From NCBI RefSeq assembly GCF_050920415.1, contig NZ_CP169309.1: DNA of 64,000 bases; one strand, given 5' to 3'. How positions within the stretch are numbered: position 1 is the stretch's first letter; every line of letters begins with the position of its first letter. Below are positions 46,463-55,543 of the stretch, piece after piece. The position numbers and the translations under genes were made by a program. Source of the stretch: Escherichia coli (GTDB lineage Bacteria > Pseudomonadota > Gammaproteobacteria > Enterobacterales > Enterobacteriaceae). Under the pieces are notes generated by a model, which searched no databases, had not been told where the DNA came from, and was given only the letters and a program-made list of their open reading frames with translations.

Positions 46463-47341
46463 TTACGGTAAATAATGCGTGACAATCTGCAGGAACTCAT
46501 CCCGCATCTGGTTGTCGATTTTCGGATTCCATGCCACACCAATGTTCCATATGATCTGCTTTCCCCACAGAGTAATCAGCTTGACTCCTACAGGTAAAAA
46601 ATTCTCGACGCTGGCGGGTAGCAGCGCGAGACCATTCCCTCCGGCTATCAATGCTAGCAGGGAATGAATATCATTCGTCGCAGAGATTGGCTCAATGATG
46701 AGTTCATTATCCCGCAGGAACGCAGTCGTTTGCTCCGCCAGACAAGGGCTGACCGCTGGATCCATGCATAAAATCGGATAGATTGCCAGCGTACGCTGGA
46801 GATCGGTGGGATCAATATCGACGGCTACCGGGACAGCCAACACCAGATTTTCTTTATTTATTAAGCGAGAGGCCAATAATTCTGTTACCGGCATACGAAC
46901 AAAACCAGCATGCAGTTCACCTTCCATCAACATCCTAGCTTGTACGCTGGAGGCAATTTGGCTGATAACAACGTCGCAGTCGGGAAATTTCTGGCGAAAA
47001 GTGTTAATCCAAACTGGTGTGCTTTTAAACGAAGATATACCAAATCCGAGCACCAGTTTACCCGTACTCCCCTTTTGGATTTCTCTGGCGTAGGTTAAAA
47101 AATCGTGGTGGGATTTCAGCAACTCATAAGCTTTAGCAAACAACTGCCTGCCAACCATCGTCAACACTGCCCCGTGGCGACCACGCAGGAAAAGCTGCCC
47201 TCCGGTCTTCTGTTCGAGCATCTTGATCTGCTTTGAAAGCGCAGGTTGTGTCAGAAATAAAGCTTCTGCAGCTTTATTGTAGTTTCCCTTTTCCGCCAGT
47301 GTCACAAATGCACGCAGCAGCCTTATATCTATTCCTGACAT
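46463..47341 (-). CDS. LysR-family transcriptional regulator (islet-encoded, divergent from the operon)
   Basis: 292 aa, N-terminal HTH IRLLRAFVTLAEKGNYNKAAEALFLTQPALSKQIKMLE. Confidence 0.85.
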   Translation of the reverse strand: MSGIDIRLLRAFVTLAEKGNYNKAAEALFLTQPALSKQIKMLEQKTGGQLFLRGRHGAVLTMVGRQLFAKAYELLKSHHDFLTYAREIQKGSTGKLVLGFGISSFKSTPVWINTFRQKFPDCDVVISQIASSVQARMLMEGELHAGFVRMPVTELLASRLINKENLVLAVPVAVDIDPTDLQRTLAIYPILCMDPAVSPCLAEQTTAFLRDNELIIEPISATNDIHSLLALIAGGNGLALLPASVENFLPVGVKLITLWGKQIIWNIGVAWNPKIDNQMRDEFLQIVTHYLP

Positions 47342-47567
47342 TTATTGAATCCTGAAAAATTGGAATTATACAAATACTCGCAACAGATGACATGATGCGT
47401 AAAATGATTTACGCCGAGATCCCCTTGGTTTGTCAAACTCAGAAACGCCATACCTGCTGCTCTTGGTTCTATTTAACACTCACTAATGCGCAGGTTATTT
47501 ATAAAAATTGACCTCATAAATCATTCAAAAACATTAATTATATAAATACAATAAGGATTAAATATTT
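47342..47567. promoter_or_regulatory. Divergent promoter/operator region between the LysR gene and the isochorismatase-hypEF operon
   Basis: 226-bp AT-rich intergenic region between divergent starts; classic LysR arrangement; no specific site mapped. Confidence 0.5.
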
Positions 47568-48167
47568 ATGCCAAATATTGCCGTTCTCACTAATGACCTG
47601 CAGTATGAGTTTACCTACAAAATAACACGCTCTCCAGAAATTCTGGCGCAAAAACTCGTCCAGTTTAATCAGTTTCTCGATGGCATTCGCGCTCTGGATC
47701 AATCCATTATCCACCTGCAACTTATCAACGATCCTAATGACCCGGCGGTACAAAAGCGCTATCGCAACCGCGAAGCGGGCATTCCTGCACTAGCTGGTCG
47801 CCCGGAAAACCAGATTATCGATAAAGTATACCGCCCCACAGATCTGGTTGTAGTCAAGGGCAGAGACAGCGGTTTTTTTAATAACGATCTCGACGAAATC
47901 CTCCAGCAACTCGGGGTAAAAACCGTAATCGTTACCGGGTTGCAAACTCATGTTTGCGTGCAGACCACTGCAGCGGATGCCTTCTTTCGCGGCTATAACG
48001 TCTGGGTACCGGGCGACTGCGTGTTCGCTCCTTCGTCCGAAGATACAGAGCGTGCACTCGAGTGGCTTGCCAGCTATTGCGCAACTGTAGCACCTTCTGC
48101 GGAAATTTTATCAATATTGCAAAAACAGAACGATCTGCCTGAGCGCGGCGAAAGGGAAGCATCATGA
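47568..48167 (+). CDS. Isochorismatase-family cysteine hydrolase
   Basis: 199 aa; ...VTGLQTHVCVQTTAADAF... matches the catalytic Cys region of the isochorismatase/CSHase/nicotinamidase family. Confidence 0.75.
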   Translation: MPNIAVLTNDLQYEFTYKITRSPEILAQKLVQFNQFLDGIRALDQSIIHLQLINDPNDPAVQKRYRNREAGIPALAGRPENQIIDKVYRPTDLVVVKGRDSGFFNNDLDEILQQLGVKTVIVTGLQTHVCVQTTAADAFFRGYNVWVPGDCVFAPSSEDTERALEWLASYCATVAPSAEILSILQKQNDLPERGEREAS

Positions 48168-49195
48168 GCTTAACCCAGACGCTAAATCATGAAGAGGTCG
48201 TTGTACTGGATCATGGCACCGGGGCGAAATTAAGCCGCGAGTTGGTTGAAAAAATTGCTAGCATTCTCGGTGACACCTATCTGGGCGTGATGGAAGATAG
48301 CGCGGTGCTGGGGTTATCCACCAGGCGAATTGCCTTCACCACCGACTCCTTTGTTGCCACGCCGCTGATTTTCGGCAACGGTGATATTGGCAAAATCGCC
48401 GTATGCGGCACCGTTAACGATCTCGCTGTCAGTGGGGCTCGTCCCCTTTACATCACACTCAGTCTTATTATTGAGGAAGGTATGCCGATGGCTGATCTGG
48501 TCAGAATCATCGAGTCCGTACGTGAAACGGCTCGTGAGGCAGAGGTCAAGATTGTCGCTGGTGATACCAAGGTCGTAGGTAAAGGTGAAGCAGATCGGCT
48601 GTTTATCAATACTGCTGGCATCGGCGTGTTTGAACATCCGCCAGTCTCAGTTAAGAACGTGCGTCCGGGGCAGAAAATAATCCTGAGCGGATATATCGGC
48701 AATCACTCGATTCACCTGCTGTCGATGCGGGAAGGATTGGGGTTCGAGCGAAATATTCTTAGTGATTGCGCACCGCTGAACCACATTATTGACAAACTTA
48801 TCAGCAACATCCCTGAAGGCAAAATAGCGTCAATGCGAGACGTTACGCGCGGTGGGCTGTCCGCTGTTTTACACGAACATGCGCGCGCAACAAATTATCA
48901 GATTCATTTCGACCAGCCATCTTTGCCCATACAGCCGGAAACCGCCATGGCAGCTAATATGCTGGGTGTTGACGTCATTAATCTCGCTAATGAAGGTTGT
49001 TTGTGCCTGTTTGTTGAACCTGAGTATGCTCAGAAGGTACTACATTTGCTGCAGGAGCATCCTGTCGGCAAGCACGCGACAATTATCGGCGAGATCACCG
49101 CTGTCTCGGGTACTGAAGTCTATATGATTGAAGCTGATGGAACACACACAGAAGTCGAGGAATTATATGGCGCAGAATTACCCAGACTCTGTTGA
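48164..49195 (+). CDS. HypE-like protein (PurM superfamily; carbamoyl dehydratase / thiocyanate-forming type) with C-terminal Cys
   Basis: 343 aa; ...DTKVV.KG.ADRLFINTAG.G... and C-terminus ...ELPRLC resembling HypE PRIC; ATGA overlap with upstream gene. Confidence 0.8.
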   Translation: MSLTQTLNHEEVVVLDHGTGAKLSRELVEKIASILGDTYLGVMEDSAVLGLSTRRIAFTTDSFVATPLIFGNGDIGKIAVCGTVNDLAVSGARPLYITLSLIIEEGMPMADLVRIIESVRETAREAEVKIVAGDTKVVGKGEADRLFINTAGIGVFEHPPVSVKNVRPGQKIILSGYIGNHSIHLLSMREGLGFERNILSDCAPLNHIIDKLISNIPEGKIASMRDVTRGGLSAVLHEHARATNYQIHFDQPSLPIQPETAMAANMLGVDVINLANEGCLCLFVEPEYAQKVLHLLQEHPVGKHATIIGEITAVSGTEVYMIEADGTHTEVEELYGAELPRLC

Positions 49196-51545
49196 GCTTC
49201 ACGAGACGCCGGAAACCCGGCGTTACCGCATCTGTGGGGTCGTTCAGGGCGTTGGATTTCGTCCCTTTGTTCACCGACTGGCCCGCACCTATGGTGCCAC
49301 CGGCTGGGTGTTAAACGATTCAGAAGGCGTGTTGCTTGAGCTGCAGGCATCCGGCACGGTTATTGCCAGAATCATGGACAAACTGGTGACCGAGGCACCA
49401 CCACTGGCAAAAATCATCAGTACGCAGGAAGTTAGCCCAACGGATACCAGAGCGCACTATGAAACGTTCAGCATCCGTAAAAGCCGCGATCATACCAGCA
49501 TGGACACGATTATCCCGCCAGATACCAACGTCTGCAGCGATTGCCTGCGCGAGATAAGCGATCCTGATAATCATCGTTATCGTTACGCTTTCACCAATTG
49601 CACCAATTGTGGGCCGCGCTATTCCATTATTCTTGGTATGCCTTACGATCGTGCCCAGAGCACTATGCGTAAATTCCCTTTATGTCCAACCTGTGAGCGT
49701 GAATACAACGATATTGAGGATCGACGCTATCATGCCCAGCCCAATGCCTGCCCAGTTTGCGGCCCACAGTTGCAACTTACCGATCGACAGGGCACATCCG
49801 TTCACACAGATGATATTGTCAAATTTGCCATTACGAAACTAAAAGAAGGCGGAATTCTTGCAATAAAGAGCCTTGGTGGCTTTCATCTCGTGGCCGATGC
49901 TTGCAATGAGAATGCTGTCAATGAACTTCGGCAACGCAAGCGAAGAGACGCCAAACCTTTTGCAGTGATGGTCGCGGATGTGGAAAGCGCGTCGCGTATT
50001 GCTTTCATCCCCCCCTGTAATCACAAATTGCTGGAAAGCCCGCAGCGTCCCATTGTCTTGTTGTATAAGCGCAACGTCCTGCTGGCGAGTACCGTTGCGC
50101 CACATAATCCGAACATCGGTGTAATGCTGCCTTCAACGCCGCTTCAGCATTTATTGCTGGAAGACCCGTCTCTGCCGATCCTGATTATGACCAGCGGTAA
50201 TATTTCCGGTCATCCGATCGTCTTTGACAACGACATGGCAATTAAGCAACTCGGGAAAATCGCGGATTACTTCATTCTGAATAATCGCGATATTCATACG
50301 CGTGTTGACGATTCGGTGGTCCGCACGGTGTTTCTCAACGACGCCATTACCTCGCAGCTATCGTTTTTGCGCCGCTCCCGCGGTTACGCGCCATACCCTA
50401 TTCATCTACCTTACGCAGTGGATTCCGTTATCGCGCTCGGGGCGGAGCTAAAAAACACGATCAGCATCGGCAAAGGAAAACAGGTTTTTCTGAGCCAGCA
50501 TATTGGCGATCTTAAGAATAACGTGACTTTTAAATCACATATCGAATGTATTGATCATCTTCAAAACCTGCTGAACGTGAAGGCAAATGTCGTGGCCTGC
50601 GATTTGCATCCCTCTTTCCGCTCTACCCGGCATGCGCTGGAGAATTTAGAGCATCAGGTTGTTCAGGTTCAACACCATCACGCGCATATGGCATCCTGCA
50701 TGGCGGAAAATGGCCTGTCAGGTACTACTCTAGGCGTAATTTTTGACGGTACAGGATATGGCACCGACGGCACCATTTGGGGCGGTGAGTTTCTCGTTGG
50801 TGATTTCGAAAAATTCGAGCGTGCAGGATGCTTGCGTTCAATGACCCTGCCCGGAGGCGATCGGGCAGTTAAAGAGCCGCTGCGCGTCGGCATCTCCTTA
50901 CTGGTGGAAACCTTCGGCGAAGATATCAGTACGCTCGCAGTACCAGGCTTGCAGGCGCTCCAGCCTCAGCAGCGCGATATATTCAGTAAAATGGCGACCA
51001 GAAAAATCAACACCACCACGACCAGCAGCATGGGCAGACTATTTGACGGCATCGCCGCGCTGATGGGCGTTTGCACTCAGGTGGAGTACGAAGCCCAGGC
51101 GGCCATTGAACTGGAAGCGCTGCTGCAGTGTAAACTTCATATGACGGCTCCGTTCAGCTACATCATTGCCGATGTCGAGAATAAGCTCGAGGTGGATTAT
51201 CGCCCGATGATAAGGGAACTGGTGCAATGCTTCAGCCAGCCCGGTTTTGATATGGCCGAACTAAGTCGGCGCTTTCACTCTACCATCGTCGACATGATTT
51301 GCGAGGTCTGTAAACGTCTGGTGGCACGCTCAGGCACGCAACAAATTGTCCTGAGCGGCGGCGTGTTCTGCAATGAATTCATCCTCGTTAATTCTCTTAA
51401 CAGTCTGGAGTCTTGTGGATTCCGGCCTTACAGCCATCAGTTAGTTCCGACTAACGATGGTGGTATTTCATTGGGGCAAGTGGTTATTGCTACCGCATAC
51501 ACTCGCGCAACGCGCAATAAAAATCTGGAGAGAGAAAATGCATAG
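49167..51545 (+). CDS. HypF-like carbamoyltransferase (acylphosphatase, two CxxC-N18-CxxC Zn fingers, YrdC-like and Kae1-like domains)
   Basis: ORF 49128..51545; start at ATG 49167 with GAGG RBS; VQGVGFRPFV acylphosphatase motif; CSDC...CTNCGPR and CPTC...CPVCGP fingers; HHHAH in the C-terminal domain. Confidence 0.82.
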   Translation: MAQNYPDSVELHETPETRRYRICGVVQGVGFRPFVHRLARTYGATGWVLNDSEGVLLELQASGTVIARIMDKLVTEAPPLAKIISTQEVSPTDTRAHYETFSIRKSRDHTSMDTIIPPDTNVCSDCLREISDPDNHRYRYAFTNCTNCGPRYSIILGMPYDRAQSTMRKFPLCPTCEREYNDIEDRRYHAQPNACPVCGPQLQLTDRQGTSVHTDDIVKFAITKLKEGGILAIKSLGGFHLVADACNENAVNELRQRKRRDAKPFAVMVADVESASRIAFIPPCNHKLLESPQRPIVLLYKRNVLLASTVAPHNPNIGVMLPSTPLQHLLLEDPSLPILIMTSGNISGHPIVFDNDMAIKQLGKIADYFILNNRDIHTRVDDSVVRTVFLNDAITSQLSFLRRSRGYAPYPIHLPYAVDSVIALGAELKNTISIGKGKQVFLSQHIGDLKNNVTFKSHIECIDHLQNLLNVKANVVACDLHPSFRSTRHALENLEHQVVQVQHHHAHMASCMAENGLSGTTLGVIFDGTGYGTDGTIWGGEFLVGDFEKFERAGCLRSMTLPGGDRAVKEPLRVGISLLVETFGEDISTLAVPGLQALQPQQRDIFSKMATRKINTTTTSSMGRLFDGIAALMGVCTQVEYEAQAAIELEALLQCKLHMTAPFSYIIADVENKLEVDYRPMIRELVQCFSQPGFDMAELSRRFHSTIVDMICEVCKRLVARSGTQQIVLSGGVFCNEFILVNSLNSLESCGFRPYSHQLVPTNDGGISLGQVVIATAYTRATRNKNLERENA

Positions 51546-52278
51546 TTCTGCGAACCGTATTGCCGCTGTTTTATTCGATATGGATGGTGTCCTTATTGAT
51601 TCCAATGCGGTGATTGAGCGCGGCTGGGCTGAAGGCGCACAGATGTTTGGCAAGACGCTAACGGAAGAGGATATCGTCAGGCATATTCACGGACAGCCCG
51701 GCCCGCATACCATTCGCGCCCTGTTCAGCGACCTTTCCCTGGAAGATCAAAAGAAGGTCCAGTCACATATCATCCACGTTGAAAATACCGCTGATTACGA
51801 CCCGATCCCTGGAGTTAGCGAACTTATCCAGGCGTTGCATAAGGCTGGCATCAGTGTGGGGATTGTCACTAGCGGCTGGCGGTCGAAAATCGATCGTATT
51901 ATGGAGATGCTGCAAATCACGCCCTGTATTTCAGTGATTGTCGAACGTGATGATGTCGTGCGCGGCAAGCCTTATCCCGATCCTTATCTGCTTGCCGCAG
52001 AGCGGTTTCATCTTGCACCGTCCAGAACACTGGTCTTTGAGGATTCAAGAAGCGGCGTAACATCTGCTGTTACAGCAGGCGCAATTTGTGTTGGCATCGG
52101 TACAGACAGTCTGAAAGAGTGCGGTGCCGTGCTTGCAATTACAGATTTTCGTAATGTGAAAATCACCTCACAGACAGGCGAAAAAGTAGTGATTGCCTTT
52201 ACTCCAGAGCACCAGATGGAGATGGAAACTCAGAGCTCTCGTAAGAAAACATCCTGTACCACAAGAGAAGAGTGCTAA
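51538..52278 (+). CDS. HAD-superfamily hydrolase (subfamily IA, phosphatase/beta-phosphoglucomutase-like)
   Basis: ORF 51457..52278; start at MHSSANRIAAVLFDMDGVLIDS (DxDG motif), overlapping the hypF-like stop. Confidence 0.75.
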   Translation: MHSSANRIAAVLFDMDGVLIDSNAVIERGWAEGAQMFGKTLTEEDIVRHIHGQPGPHTIRALFSDLSLEDQKKVQSHIIHVENTADYDPIPGVSELIQALHKAGISVGIVTSGWRSKIDRIMEMLQITPCISVIVERDDVVRGKPYPDPYLLAAERFHLAPSRTLVFEDSRSGVTSAVTAGAICVGIGTDSLKECGAVLAITDFRNVKITSQTGEKVVIAFTPEHQMEMETQSSRKKTSCTTREEC

Positions 52279-53471
52279 TGAATATCACACAGAAGGGACG
52301 CTGGGCTGTCACTATGCTATTTTTTATCAATGGCTTCGTCACCGGAGGTTGGGCTGTGCAAATTGCACAGCTTGTACCACGCTTTGGCGTGACCGACAAA
52401 GTGATCGGCCATTTAATTCTGATCTTCGGATTCGGTGCACTAACCATGATGCCCATATCAGGCATTCTGATGGAAAAGATGGGGACACAAATCGTAACGC
52501 GTATTTTTGCCCTTGCAGCCTCCCTGGCATTAATTCCGGTTGGTTTAGCCACCACCCCATTAGTGTTGATGCCAGCGTTATTTGTTCTTGGTGCGATGAT
52601 TGGTGCCATGAATGTAGCGATGAACTCGAATGCCGTGGCGGTGGAGAGATCACTCTCACAAGCGATTTTATCCTCCTGCCATTGCTTCTGGAGTATCGGC
52701 CTATTTGCGGCGGGCTCGATAGGCGGCCATCTTGTTGAACAATTTGGCTTTTTGACGCATATCTTTTTGATTAGTGCCGTGGCCTTAATACTGACGCTGA
52801 TTATCGCTCCGGCCATTTTTAAAGACATACAGACGGTTAAATCCACCAGCAGACAGACCACCCGGTTGCCTCGTTCTCCGGCGATTTATCTGATTGGATT
52901 GATGGCTTTTCTGGCCATGATCCCTGAATGCGCTGTTGTTGACTGGTCGTCACGCTATTTGATTAAAAATCTCAATGCAAAAACAGAAATCGCCAGCCTT
53001 GCCTTCGCCTGCTTTGCTGTAGCAATGGCCTTGTTTCGCTTTATGGGTGACGTGATCCGCAACCGCTTCGGCGCAATATTAATTATACGAATCTCCAGCT
53101 TACTGGCAGGCGCTAGCCTATTGTTGAGCGCACTGGCACACAATCCCTGGCAGGCGATCTGCGCATTTACCTTAGCGGGAATCGGCATCGCCAACCTTGT
53201 GCCCATTGTCTTTTCCGCAGCGGGAAATCAGCCCAATATTTCCACCAACACAGGAATGAGCATTGCCACAACCATTGGGTATTTAGGCACGCTAATGGCC
53301 CCTGCGCCTATTGGCTATATTGCGGAAATAACCGGTTTTCCAGTGGTTTATTGCGGACTAGCTTTCATGTCGGGAATTATCTTTTTGCTGGCACCACTGG
53401 TTCGGGGGGCAGAAATCTCTGTACAGCGGCAGCGAGCCTCAAACAAACACCAGAATACCGGAGCGTTGTAA
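52272..53471 (+). CDS. MFS transporter
   Basis: 399 aa, about 12 predicted TM segments; start overlaps the HAD stop (GTG 52272 or ATG 52278). Confidence 0.75.
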   Translation: MLMNITQKGRWAVTMLFFINGFVTGGWAVQIAQLVPRFGVTDKVIGHLILIFGFGALTMMPISGILMEKMGTQIVTRIFALAASLALIPVGLATTPLVLMPALFVLGAMIGAMNVAMNSNAVAVERSLSQAILSSCHCFWSIGLFAAGSIGGHLVEQFGFLTHIFLISAVALILTLIIAPAIFKDIQTVKSTSRQTTRLPRSPAIYLIGLMAFLAMIPECAVVDWSSRYLIKNLNAKTEIASLAFACFAVAMALFRFMGDVIRNRFGAILIIRISSLLAGASLLLSALAHNPWQAICAFTLAGIGIANLVPIVFSAAGNQPNISTNTGMSIATTIGYLGTLMAPAPIGYIAEITGFPVVYCGLAFMSGIIFLLAPLVRGAEISVQRQRASNKHQNTGAL

Positions 53472-54027
53472 TTTCTGCCTGGCAAATACTGTGAAACGCT
53501 GACGCAAATTTTACTTTCCTGCGTATTGTCATCACAGGCCGTACAGACAGTGCGCGGTCTGTTGGCGGATCTGCCTGGTATTTTGCCGATGAACTGAGGG
53601 CGTCCTGCGGGATACGTATCGCCAGGGGCGTGAAACTAATTGATGAGGTGGCGGCATGATGCCGGCGGACTAGCATATCTGCCTTTCGCCGCCTGACATG
53701 TCCTTTGGGGCCGCTGTCAGTTCAGAGTAAAGGAGAAAAAGATCGATACCGAGGGGGGGCACGACGCCCCGGAGACACCCCTGTTTCGTCAGACAGTCTG
53801 TACCGCGTACAGCCTGAAACTCCCTAAACCTCAACAAACTGCCACTTCGACGTGAAGGTATCGTTCTGGCGCAGCCAAAAAGCACATGCCGGAGACTGTT
53901 TTTTTGGTTGTAGAGGGTAGTCATGAGCAAATTAAGTAGTGAAATGAAGGCCCTGACGAAGAAAGCAGGCGGCAGCTTCAAAACGGTAAATGACCGTATC
54001 CATATTACAAAACGGTTCAGTGAGCAT

Positions 54028-54225
54028 TTACGCGAACTGAACATCCAGATCCGGCGGGTATGCGCCAAGACTGACTCTGGATTCTTTTCCGTTGAAACGA
54101 TATTTGAGATACCAGATGCGTGAACCGCCCGGATTGACGAGCAGATACAGACCGTGAGAGTCGGAGAGTTTTACCGGACGGGAAGAGGTTTTTAACTTGC
54201 GGATTTTAGAATCGTTTAAAGACAT
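54028..54225 (-). pseudogene. P4-type tyrosine integrase, N-terminal remnant only
   Basis: MSLNDSKIRKLKTSSRPVKLSDSHGLYLLVNPGGSRIWYLKYRFNGKESRVSLGAYP matches the N-terminal arm-binding region of tRNA-associated island integrases, then terminates prematurely. Confidence 0.65.
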
Positions 54226-54386
54226 TTGGGGGTCACTCCAGAATCGAACCAAACTGACCCCAGATCTGACCACCAAATTATCCCGATGCGGAGAGAAAAC
54301 CAGATACGCACCGGGGAGGATTTTCACGCTAACTTACTGAACCGTAAACAAATAGAGATGTACAGATAAGCATGAAAACTTGAATT

Positions 54387-54462
54387 TGGCTCCTCTGACT
54401 GGACTCGAACCAGTGACATACGGATTAACAGTCCGCCGTTCTACCGACTGAACTACAGAGGA
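54387..54462 (-). tRNA. asnT: tRNA-Asn (GUU)
   Basis: 76 nt, identical tRNA-Asn sequence; sits between mtfA and the islet/yeeJ. Confidence 0.93.
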
Positions 54463-54562
54463 ATCGTGTGAACAGGGCGCATGTTACTTAGCGGTACCTT
54501 GTCTGTCAACACTAAATTTCATAAGTCATTTCAATTGGTTAATTAATCTGCAAAGTTGTTAA

Positions 54563-55360
54563 TTAATGAACATTCGTCGCCGAAAACGAGTCTGTATCAT
54601 TAGCGTGATGCAGTCTCTGCAAAGGATCTTGTTGATAAAATTGGCAGAAACGTTGCCACAATGAAGGGAAACGAGGAGCAAAAAGCTCAGGGGCGCTAAA
54701 GAAATATTCAGAAAGTACGGCAAAACACTCAGCAGGATCACTGGCAGCATAAGCATCGATGCTCGCCGCATTCTCACCGACTAATTCGATCTCTTCCTGA
54801 ATGTTGTTCATTGCGGCATGAAGATCGTGTTCCCAGCCAGCAACCTCACGCAACGGAATAAAGGGAACTCCGCTGGCGCGATCGCCGTTACGGGTGTCCA
54901 GCTTATGAGCGACTTCATGAATAATCAGGTTAAAACCAGAAGCATCAAACGAATCTTGTATATCCAACCAGTTCAAAACGATTGGCCCTTGCTGCCAGCT
55001 CTGACCTGACTGAACAATACGTTGGTTATGCACTAAACCGATATCGTCTTCCCACTCATCATCGACTACAAATGGCGCAGGGTAAATTAAGACTTCATGA
55101 AAACCATCCAGCCATTCTAGCCCTAACTCCAGAACGGGCAGGCAAAATAGAAGGGCTATCCGGCAGCTTCTTAATGAATCCAGCTCAAAGCCCTGTAAGG
55201 GAACAAGCCGTTTTTGCTGTAAAAAACGTTCGGCAAGAGTGACTAATTTGCTTTGTTCCTGTTCTGTCAGGCACGTTAAAAGGGGAATCGATAGTGCTTC
55301 CTGCCAGGGAAGGGCAGTTTGATGTGCTGATTCTTGTACTTTCCAGGGCCACTTAATCAT
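54563..55360 (-). CDS. mtfA: Mlc titration factor A (zinc-dependent peptidase-like)
   Basis: ORF 54563..55399; start at [14 protein letters not shown], 265 aa; HEVAH motif. Confidence 0.9.
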   Translation of the reverse strand: MIKWPWKVQESAHQTALPWQEALSIPLLTCLTEQEQSKLVTLAERFLQQKRLVPLQGFELDSLRSCRIALLFCLPVLELGLEWLDGFHEVLIYPAPFVVDDEWEDDIGLVHNQRIVQSGQSWQQGPIVLNWLDIQDSFDASGFNLIIHEVAHKLDTRNGDRASGVPFIPLREVAGWEHDLHAAMNNIQEEIELVGENAASIDAYAASDPAECFAVLSEYFFSAPELFAPRFPSLWQRFCQFYQQDPLQRLHHANDTDSFSATNVH

Positions 55361-55453
55361 CGTTTTGCTCGCAAACTCGTCACTTGAACAAAATTGCACG
55401 GACAGGGACTGTTAAAATGCCAAATTTCCTGGCATCATGGCAACCATCTGAAC

Positions 55454-55543
55454 GGAGAGATGCCGGAGCGGCTGAACGGACCGGTCTCGAAAACCGGAGT
55501 AGGGGCAACTCTACCGGGGGTTCAAATCCCCCTCTCTCCGCCA
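55454..55543 (+). tRNA. serU: tRNA-Ser (long variable arm)
   Basis: GGAGAGATGCCGGAGCGGCTGAACGGACCGGTCTCGAAAACCGG...GGTTCAAATCCCCCTCTCTCCGCCA; anticodon not checked in detail. Confidence 0.85.

Noticed and set aside
45783-46475. ORFs 45783..45992 and 46272..46475 near the islet boundary
   Set aside because: They lie in the yeeJ promoter region and the att-repeat flank, with no recognisable family and no RBS support; treated as non-coding.
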